DNA from: Macrostomum lignano | Taxonomy: Eukaryota | NCBI GenBank assembly: GCA_002269645.1 | Contig: NIVC01000042.1 | Coordinates: 558,001-622,000 of the forward strand | Direction: 5' to 3' | Length of the DNA: 64,000 bases | Shown: positions 13,360 through 31,400 of the stretch, piece by piece | Layout of the letters: each line of letters starts with the position of its first letter | Position numbering within the stretch: position 1 is the first letter of the stretch | Notes under the pieces: generated by a model | The model's input: only the letters and a program-made list of their open reading frames with translations | Told to the model about the DNA's origin: nothing | Database searches by the model: none | Translations under genes and position numbers: made by a program

Positions 13360-15106
13360 ATGAAATTCGGTCGCTTCCACGCCGCCATCTGCGGCCTGGG
13401 CTTTCTCACGATGGTTTACGCCACGCTGATCACCCTCAGCGGCATGTTTCTCAACCTGCTGCCCTACAACTGCAGCGACGGCGTCAACGGCTCTTTCCTA
13501 GAAGCCGACCAAATTGACAACGATGAGTTCCTGTCGTCCATCAGCCAGCAGTACGGCCTGTGCCAGAGGCAGACCGGTGACCTTACTAACGTGGCCTTCT
13601 TCGCCGGCACCATTGTGGGCTCCCTGTTAGGTGGCCCGGCCTCTGACGCAATCGGCCGAGCTCGCTGCTCTCTGATTGGCCAAGCGTTGCTAGTCTTAGC
13701 CAGCTTAGCTAGCAATTACGCGCCAAATTTGGCGCTACATTTGGCGGCTCGCTGCGTGGCCGGATGCTGCCTGATGCCGGCCCAGTGCGCCATGCAAGTC
13801 TACGGCTGCGAGCTGCACTCGTGAGTAGCGCAACTTATAAGCGCAAATCTAGCGCGTTCCTACTGTGCTACTGACGACAGTAGTGTAGATAATGTTTCAA
13901 CCGGAGCCCTCGTCACTCTTGGATCGCCCAGCAGTCCTGTTTACAACACCTGCATGGCTGCAGTCCCGTGTTTGTAGCATCTGGTACATTTCGGGTGCCA
14001 CCTCTGGATGAATCGAACCTCGAGGCCTCAGAAATGTCCCACACTAGCCCTGATTCTCACCCCGAGCTCTGAACCCTTTATCGAATTCCAGTGACTCCCA
14101 CCGCAGCCGTTTCATCGCCGCCTGGAGCACCGGAATCTCCGTGGGCACCCTGGCGGCCGGCGGCTTGGCCTGGGCCACTCGCCACCATCAGCTCTATGTT
14201 CTGTTCAGCTGCTGCACAGCCGCGCCCTCCCTGCTACTGCTGGGCGTCTGTCTGCCCGAGAGTCCCGTCTGGCTCGCCGCCCGAGGTCGCCACGCCGCCG
14301 CTGAGGCCGCCCTGCGTCGCATCGCCTTGATCAACGGTGAGACCGTCCCTTCGCGGACAGCAGCATCAGCCGCTATCGAGGCTGTCGTTGCTGCCCCCGC
14401 TGTAGCTTCAGACGAAACCGAAACGGACGAACACAAAGATGAGCAAAGCAGCGAAAACAGCAGCAAAAAAGCTGGCTTGGTAACAAGGATTCGCCGAGTG
14501 GCTTGCGCGCTGCTTCGACCGCTGAGCATCCTGGGCCTGCACGGCCTCTGTCTGGGTCTCAACTGCGTCGGATTCTACTTCGTGCTCAGCCGAATCATCC
14601 CCAACGTGTGCCTGTACGCGGCAGTGCTCGGCGCCACCCAGCTGCCTTACGCATTTGTGCTCAACATCATTCCCAGACGGAGAGGTCTCATCGCCTGCGG
14701 CCTGCTCTCCGCGCTGGCTTGCCTCGCTTTCGGCGGCGTTGCTCACTTCTTACCCGACTGGTCGATTCTTCTGGCCGGCCTGGGCGTCGTTGGCTGCTTC
14801 TGCAGTTCGGCCGCCTTCAGCCTGTTGGTGGCGCTGAGCTCCGAGTTCTTCCCCACTGAGCTGCGCAGCACCGGACTCGGGCTGTGCGTTTTCAGCTTGC
14901 GCTCCGGGTCAGCGTTGGCTCCGCTGGTCGGCTTCTTATCTGGCGGAGTCCCTGTGCAGTCGCTGGCGCTGGCCTGCCCGCTGTTGCTTAGCAACCTGGT
15001 GCTGGGTCTGGCGCTGGCCTCACAGCATCGCGCCAAGCTTCGGCGGCTGCGGCAGCAGAGACTAGATCAACCGCTGCGGCCACTTGCGGCGGAGGCTTTG
15101 GACTGA
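13360..15106 (+). CDS. SLC22/organic cation transporter-like MFS protein, 491 aa, exons 13360-13820 and 14092-15106
   Basis: GTGAGT..TTCCAG 271 bp phase-2 intron joins the ORFs in frame (CELHS|DSHRSRF). Motifs G..SDAIGR, PESPVWL, SEFFPTELRSTGLG; many hydrophobic TM segments. Confidence 0.88.
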
Positions 15107-16479
15107 AGTGACCTCTAGGGATTTTGATTTCAGACTGCTATACCATGCCGATGGTACATGCCAGACTGGCCTGCCAGCCTCATCATTTCTGCAGTTACCT
15201 AATCATGTGTAACATTGCAATGTCATGCAGTCATGTATGTTCTAATAGTGTACATTATTGTGTCCACTATTTTAGACAAATAACTTTACACATGCAATTA
15301 GAACTTGGTTTCTTAAATTATTTTTATCAGCTTGTCTTGGCGCAGATTTGCATTCAAAAATGAATAATTACTAAAGAAACAATACTATGGAATTCGGAAT
15401 GGTCGAGATTTGGCCTTAGAAACACGTACAAAAAATTAAATTCCATTAAATATTGCAATGAAGATATTACATTATACTTTTATATACGTGATTTAAAGTT
15501 GAATTTATTTAAATTTATAAGTTTGTTGAGGCTCAGTGGTTACACATCAAGCATGTGCAGTTAAAGCAAGAAACATTTGAAGAAATCTCCTCGATAATTT
15601 GCTAATTGTTTCAAAACAATATTCTCACCAAATTTGACTCATCAGATTTAAATTCAGAAAAAATCTAAAATTCAGAAAAATCACAGAAGTTTATGAATTT
15701 TTAGAAAACAAGCAATCCAGCTTGCAAATATTTATGATTAAAATAACTTTAAAAAGTGGGAACCCACTAGATTAGTACAGTGTACAGTGGCTAATGATGA
15801 GTAAAATAATTAATTTGGCGGAAATTCAAAACAACTATTTAAGGAATTAAAATAAAATCCTAAATAGTAGCTATAATTTTTTAAATATAAATTTCAACAG
15901 TAAATCGATGAACTGTGTCTGCATGCAATGAAACACAAAAACTTCGCCTTGTGAGAGAACTTAGGCGGCGCAAGCATGTTGACGAAGCAAATTTAAAATT
16001 ACTAAATAGTTAAACAATTATTTGGAAACATCGGTATGACGTAACATGTAAAAGACAAACACAAAAGAAAAAGTATTAATTCCAAAGCTGAAATTTTAAA
16101 TGTACATTCTTAAACCTTGTTAAATGTGCAATTTTTTTAGATCTCTAGCCACCTCACTCCCCATGCCTTCTCCATCCATCGTAATAATCTATTTGGCTGC
16201 CACTGAGTGATGTGATGGACTACTGCTTCATTTTATGTCTATGACAAAACCTTCGTTAACTATGCAAAGTGATGAACCCATGGAGGAAAGAATATATTAC
16301 TCCATGGGTTCACGCATCGTGAACCCCAAGCCCACAGAAAGACACTCTTTACCTCGCGATTTGGAACTCGCGGTTCACGATAGCGGCTATATGCCCCCAT
16401 TACCTTATATTATATGATCACCTGCCAGCCTGCCTTACAATTGTCTCCCGCCACCACTGAGTCTATTCACACAGAAAAT

Positions 16480-16662
16480 CAGTAGCGGATTTAGGTGGGA
16501 GGGCTCAGAGGGCGCCCGCCCCATCGATTTGGATATTTTTCTATGGGTAAAACATGTACACTATGGTATTTATAGAATAAATAAGTATTCAAAAAGCAAA
16601 AGTGCCTTAGTATAATTTGCAGCCACGCACCGTTCAAATTTTCCTGGATCCGCGCGCGCCTG
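16480..16662. mobile_element. Possible short MITE relic (CAGTAGCGGATT..GGATCCGC ends)
   Basis: Imperfect terminal inverted motif similar to that at 53403; no TSD established. Confidence 0.35.
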
Positions 16663-16768
16663 AAGCCAATAAAGCTGGGTACAGTACTCGTAATGAAAGA
16701 GAGAGCATAAAGTGAGTTGAGTCTGCTTTTGTTTTAAATGTTCGCTACTATTAGTAGGCAGATGCAAC

Positions 16769-24162
<7,394 letters not shown>

Positions 24163-24843
24163 AGTGTGTCATTTATAAATCGAAATCTTTGTAAAAATCT
24201 TCTTTGAATGAAGTTTACGAATGCTTATCGCTTGTTATTGATGCTAATCCGAATGTTTCAAACTCGCTTCCAAATTGATAACGATGCTCTTATGGTGAAA
24301 ATCAGTGAAAAGATTATTCAACTATCAAATACCCACTCAGATATTCGAGCACAAAATTCTGGCAAGAGTGTGGATTCTTGATTGATGAATTCTAGATTAT
24401 AAATATAGGAAGATTTCTGTCGTTCAACATTTTAAAGTAGAGTTAAAGATAGAAAGATATACTGTAGGCGTACCTATCTTAAAACACCAAAATTTAGGAA
24501 TGGTGACCAGAGTGCGAATGGTATGGGAACAAGCGAGATTATATAGTTAAGGCAAGAAAGAGTGATAAGTTTTTTAATAGTAAGTGACAGCAGTTAAAAG
24601 TTAAAAATGCATGCATTAAAAGACATCAGACAAAGAAAATAATTTTTAAGGCAATGCATCTGCACTTTTGTTTTACTCTGGCTCCAGTCTTTTTATCAAG
24701 AGTTGCTATTTTGAAAATATCAATTTCTGCGAAACCATAGAACACAATAAAACTGCAATTGGCAAACTAGCGCGTAAAGGCGTCTCCACTCCTACTTTGA
24801 ACTTTGCTCATTAATTTATAGCAGTAAAAATAAATTTGGCAAT
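24163..24843. promoter_or_regulatory. Putative bidirectional promoter region between MYRF and COMMD5
   Basis: Only 681 bp between the two modelled divergent start codons; inferred from gene geometry, no motif identified. Confidence 0.5.
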
Positions 24844-25395
24844 ATGAATAGGCCGATAAATCCAATGCAAATTAAGTATCATGAGTTTGTTGTCAGTGAC
24901 CGCGACATTGAATTTCTGAGGCAGAATAGAAAAATAATGGTAGATCTTCCTGTAGACACTGAGCTACTGAAAGGTAATCACTATTCTTTCGGTTTTTATA
25001 TCTGCGAGAAGTTTAAATGTTATCACTATCAGCTCAACACAACAACCTTTTGAGTATTAACATTTTGTTTCTTCCTGTCCTATCATATCTTTCTTTAACT
25101 ATCCCAGTTCACTTGGAGCCTATATAGGCCCTGTTATAATTTTATTAGCTATTTCTTATTTTAACTATATTTTTTATATCAGTTTTAGTGTAAAGGATTT
25201 AATTTAATATATTTTATTGTCTATAAAGATAAAAGGTAATTAGAATGCTTATTTTTGGCAATAATTTTGAGTTATAACTCATATACCTATATTAACTTTT
25301 GAGCAAGAAATTAATATATATTTACACATTATAATATTTTATTGCTATCTGAAATATTTTAACTATCTAATTATTTGCTTTTGATATAACTTTCT

Positions 25396-25438
<43 letters not shown>

Positions 25439-28400
25439 TAAATTTGCATATATATTTACTAGTTTTATAATTTTTTATATTATGGTTATCATTTATTAGC
25501 AAGTTAAAAACTGAAAACTGCACAATATGTTTACATTTTATATTTTAAATAAAATTGTACTTTATAATGTGTTTCTTAGTTTTAAATACAAAATGCCTAA
25601 ATATACAATGTTTTGAATATTTTATTTATGTTTTTCTTTTTATGACTAAAATGACTTTTATATAGAAAATTTGAAAGAGCTACAAGTATATGAACTATAT
25701 CAACAATAAATTATCTTACTGATCATATCTGATACCATGTCCCATTGCCAGACCCTATGTGATACCTATGAACTAATACTAGCAAATAACTAACACCAAA
25801 AACTAGACCTTATGTCTAACACCCATAACCAGATCCAACCTGACACCCATGACCTGACACTCTCAAGTAGCTGGAAAATAGACAGTATCTGACCTGACCT
25901 TAAAGAGTATCCCACACTGGCGTGACCCTATTGCATGAAATAACACACGAGTACTGGGCACCCATTGTTTGTTCAGATTCAAACGCATTAGCTTCATCAA
26001 ACCCTAACCTTATCTGACCCCATGTCGCACTGACCGAACCTCATTGCCAACCTGGCAGCTGCGGCAAAGCTGTGCGCTGGCCAGCCGAACCCGGCCCTGC
26101 TGCAGCGCATCTGCACGGGCGCCGCCTCGCCAGCCGACAGTGAGAAGCGCGCGCACGCTCTGGGCGTCCTGCTCCGCCTGTTCCGTCTGACTCGCGACCT
26201 GCCGCCAAAGCTGCGCCAGCGAGATCGGCTGCGCGACGACCTGCGCCAGCTGAAATACCCGGAGCCCTGGATCGAGGGCCTGCTGGAGATGGCATTTGAC
26301 GCCGGGTTAGTCAGTTCTGCCGAAATTTCTGCTCCTGTAAATATCTGCAGAAACGCTTTAGGTGACAAGACCTGAGTACATACAAGAGCCAATATACAAG
26401 GCACGCGCTCACACAGGGTGTACAGCGGCCCTCAACGACAACTCAATAAGTAGAAGCACGGGAAGCTACGTTTCTTAGAAAATGTTTATGAGGCTGGTTT
26501 TAACCGAAAATACACTACAGAGATAGGACTTCTTTCATATTACGAGGTGTGTCCCAGAAGTAGTGTCACTTTTGCTTGCTTCCACAAGTATCGCTTTTGA
26601 CGCTCTAGATGGGACTTTGGACATTCGGAATAAGACTGCATAGGATCGCAAGCAAGGCCAGGCTAGCCACGGCCAGAGCATGCCCAGTCTTAGCTGCAGG
26701 AATGGCTTGGCCATAGACTAAAAAATGGAATATCAAAATGAGAATAAGACGCTCAATATGAGACTGAGTGTGAAAGCCTTCAGATATCGCTCTAACCCTC
26801 TGACCCTCAGCCAGCTCTCCTTCTTCACCCCTTGGGTTGCATCTGACCCCTTGGATTTCACTGTGATGGCACCATCGATTCCTGCAGCAGACCGTCAGAA
26901 ATTGCCTAATTTCTCCTTAGCTGTTTGTATGGTGACTGCCAAAAAGCAAATAATTTGCGTTCACTCCCGGTCTCATATTAGCGTCTTATTCTCATTTTGA
27001 TATTCCATTTTTTAGTCTATGGCCAAGCCATTCCTGCAGCTCTGGCCGTGGCTAGCCTGGCCTTGCTTGCGATCCTATGCAGTCTTATTTTGAATGTCTA
27101 AAGTCTTATCTAGAGCGTCAAAAGCGATATTAATGCGTGTTAAAAAATCATATGCCTTTAAAGTTAGTGGCTTATTTTAGCTTTCATACAACGAAAGTCC
27201 GATCTTTATAAGTGCTTCCTGCTGTAAGCATCATGCATTTGTTCGCATACCCTTGGCCATTGAAATACACACCGCATGGTGCTTCTATGCTCACTCAAAA
27301 GAAAGCCACAAGTACAGCTGATCAAGCACAGAGTTGCAAGACAGCAGCTGCAAGATTTGTTCCACCCATGGATCCTAAATTTTGGATAAGTTGGCAACTC
27401 ACTGCCGGCCGCCTCGTACTGTTCGATCCACCTGTAAACTGTCGCCGACTGATGGCATCGGGAGTCAGGACCGTGAATGCGGGTCAGGTTTTCGTGAATA
27501 TCAGGGCATTTCTGACCAAGACTCCAAAGTGTAAAAATCGCGTGTCTTTGCCCTTCTGTAGAGTGAAAGTTAGAGTCCATTGACATAAAATTCTAAATTT
27601 TTGAGCGACAAGCTTTATAAATATCAATAGAGCTATTGTTGTGTGCGTATGCGAATTATTCGTCTATGTGCGAAACCATCTGCCCCCGTTTATATGTCGA
27701 CCCCAAACAAGCGACAAAATATATAAACTCATTTTCGGCACAGCACCCATTACTGTGGCTTAAGGCCAAGAACATAACAGCTATAAGAAAGGCGCAACAT
27801 ATCAAAAGATAAACACTGGGTTCACTGAATTCCACAGTTGCTCAAACACTCGCTTAGCTCAAATAAAGCGACCATTTTTATTAGATGCAGATCCAAATGC
27901 TCATTTTGATCATACGCTCATACAATGAACCCTGTCAACTCTCTATTCAAATGATTCTGATCCTTATTCAGTTTTCTAGACGCCGTGGACAAGTCGAAAA
28001 AGATTGACGCCCGCAGCGATCCAATGGAGGAGTTTTCCTGGAAAATCGACGTGAACATTTGCACCAGGTCTGTCGGTTGTTTCGTATTTTTGCTTTTAAA
28101 TTTTTCAAGCTAACTACTTTAAGTAGTTTAACTTTACTGACACACGCTCGTGCAATAGTCTATGGCCGCTGCGCCCAAATGCCGCCTCCCTCATCCCTTC
28201 CTAATATATAAGTGTCCTAGTTTCATAATCTTGTTACAAGCCCCGCTATCATTTGTGGTCCTAAAGCCAAATAAACAAGCAGCAAAGCAAGATACGAGCT
28301 TCGTTATTCATCAAGCACTAGAGTTGCCAGCAGAGCATCACAATGGCGTCGCAAGCACTTGGACGCATCGAACTTTCAGAACCTGAACGCGCCCTGACGT

Positions 28401-31400
28401 GGCTAACAGCATTCCGTGCGCTCGCTCGAGCCAAGAAATGGAAAGATGAAGGCGCCAACAGAGAAATTGCGGATAACTTTCTAGCACTATGCGGATTGCC
28501 AGCACTTGAAAAGCTAACATCTCTGGTGGCCCCAAAGAAGATCGACGAATTGGAGTTTTCTGCAATCGAGGCCGCCATTCAAGGTTACCTTCAACCAAAG
28601 ACGCGCATCACCATTGCCGAGCGAACTCGCTTCTACACCATCCGGCAACAGCACGACGAGTCTCTTCCGGATTACCTCTCGCGCCTAAGAAAGGCCGCCC
28701 AACATTGCAAATTCGATTTGCTGAAAGAGGCAGAAAGCCCAGAAGAGGTCATGATTCAACTGGCGTTAGTCGCTGGCATGCACTGTCCCACAACACAGCA
28801 AAAAGTTCTAGAAGCTATGCAGATCAAGGAGCTGTCGGTCGAGGAAATCGTAGATTTTGTTGCCCAGATCAAGCAAGTGAAAGAGTTCGTGTCCAAACAA
28901 GCCTCCACGCCGTTCACGACCTCCCCACCAAAGGAAACTGTTCCGGAGATTCACCATGGCTCTTTGGCTACAAAGAGCAACTTTACCACTCCGCGCAAGA
29001 TTGGACCACGCACTGGACAGTGTGGTTACTGCGGTCAAGTCCATGTTGCTGGAAAGTGCCCAGCGTTTGGAAAAACCTGCAGCAAATGCTCAAAACCAAA
29101 CCACTTTGCATCGGTATGTCGATCCTCCCGACCACGCCAGCTCCACAACGTCGAGGAGCTCTCAAACGCAGACACGCCGCAACCAGATACCACGTCCCTT
29201 CTTCACCTTGGGGACGCGGACACGATTCACGCTATCGACTCGACACTGGAAAACATAGTCATTAATGGTGCTCAAATCCCAATGCAAGTGGACACCGGTG
29301 CTGCGGTGAGCGTCATTTCAAGCACTCTCTGGGAGTCACTCCGCCGCCCGGCCCTCCAGAAGTGTCATCGCCGTCTTCAAGCCTACGATGGCCACACGCT
29401 TAAAGTCCTCGGCAAGTTATCAACCGCCATTGAGCTTCGCGGCAAGTTTCACCCTGCTGAACTGATCGTTGTACAGGCCTCTAAGACATTCGGTCTGTTA
29501 GGCCGTGACTTATTGGACTCAGCGCAAGTCCACAGCACATGCTTTACTAGCATCGGTAACAGCGCGGATGCCCTACCCGTGATTAAAGGCATCAAGGCCA
29601 AAATGGAGACCATCGCTGGTGCCACTCCGAGGTTTTGCCGTGCGCGTCCCGTGCCTGTCGCCCTGGAATCCTCCATCAACGCTGAATTGGACAGGCTGCA
29701 GCAGCTGGGCGTGATAGAACCAGTTGACGGCCCGGTGAGCAATGCTTCTCCTGTCGTCTGGGTCAAAAAGAAAGATGGAACCCTAAGGATGTGCGCTGAC
29801 TACAGCGTTCACGTCAACGCAAAGATCAAGTCAGAGGACTATCCCATCCCTAGCGTGGAGCACCTATTTTCCAAACTAAAAAACGCCAAGAAGTTTGCCA
29901 AAGTGGACTTGAGGTCGGCCTATTGGCAGATCGAATTGGACGAGGCTGCTCAGGATCTCTCAATAATTAACACATCCAAAGGATTATTTCGCGTGAAAAG
30001 ACTTCAGATGGGAATGAAGAATGCATATTTTATTTTTCAGCGCGCGATGGAAAGTATTCCGTCAGACCTAAAGGGCGTTCTCATCTACCAAGACGACGTA
30101 TTAGTTTTCGCCGAAAACAGTGATTCACTACAGAAAAGACTTCGTGCTGTGAAGACTAGGCTGGCAGAAAAGCATGTCACCATCAACGAAAGCAAATGCA
30201 TCGAGGCGACTGATGAAATATCATTTCTGGGATTTAAAATTTCTGCTGCTGGCATCCAACCTGATGATCGATTGGTTGAGAAAATCCGCAGCATCGCACA
30301 ACCCAAAGACAAGAAGGAGCTGGAACGATTTGTTGGTCTAATAAACTTCTTTGGAAGGCTAGTACCCAATTTCTCTGGAAAGATCCAGCCGCTAAATCGA
30401 CTGCGCAGAGCGGACGCAAACTTTCAGTGGACAGCTGAGTGTGACCGAGCCTTCAGACAACTCAAGACGGAGATTGCCTCTCAACCCATAGTCCAGCCAT
30501 ACTCATTAGAAAAGGAACTCACTCTTACCACAGATGCCTCCAAGGGAGCGCTTGCAGGAGTGGTCACGCAAGATGGCCATCCTGTGATCTATATTTCTCG
30601 GTGTCTTTCTACTGCCGAACAAAACTATTCGAACATAGAGCGAGAAGCCCTTGCCGTTTTTTGGGCAGTCAGCCGGCTGAAGCACTATTTACTGGGCCGC
30701 CACTTTACAATACAGACGGATCATAAGCCTCTCGAACAGCTCTTCGGCCAGTCTCGCGGGGTGCCGCTGAACACCTCCGCTCGCATTAGCAGATGGGCAC
30801 TCGCGATGATGCACCTTGACTACACCATACGCTATATACCAGGAGAGAAGATTCCACATGCCGATGCGCTTTCTCGCCTACGCTTCACTGACTCATCTAA
30901 CGATTCGACGGAAGTCTGCGAAGCCATTGATTGCGTTGCCTTCGAGCCGTCTGTCATTCCCAAAAACCGGGTTGCCGCAGAGCTAGAGTTGGATGAGCTC
31001 ATAAAAAAAGTGATGCACCGAATTCGCTCGGGAAACTGGGCTGGCTGTTCTCAGGCTGAGAAACCATTCCAGGCCGTATCGCAATGCCTAACTATCGAGG
31101 ACGGCTTACTGTTCAAGGGTCGCCAGGTCTACATTCCGCCAAGACTGCGGAAAGAAGCTTTTCGTGCAGCGCATGACACTCACTCTGGGTCTCTGGCGAC
31201 ACTCAACTTCATGAGCTTGTCCTGCTGGTGGCCTGGAATGCGCGCTGACATCGAGCGATTTGTCAGCCAGTGTGATGTATGCAACAGGCTGCGGTCCAGA
31301 TTGGGGAAGACCAGAGACACCTGGCCATCGACTGAATACCCGTTTCAAAAGCTTCACGTTGACTGGGCGTACGTAAAGAATGTTGGAAACATCCTGATAG

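Noticed and set aside
26022-26033. ATG-TCG-CAC-TGA suggesting COMMD5 is a pseudogene or uses readthrough
   Set aside because: An upstream exon (24844-24973, phase 1) splices in frame to the CAG at 26058, bypassing this stop
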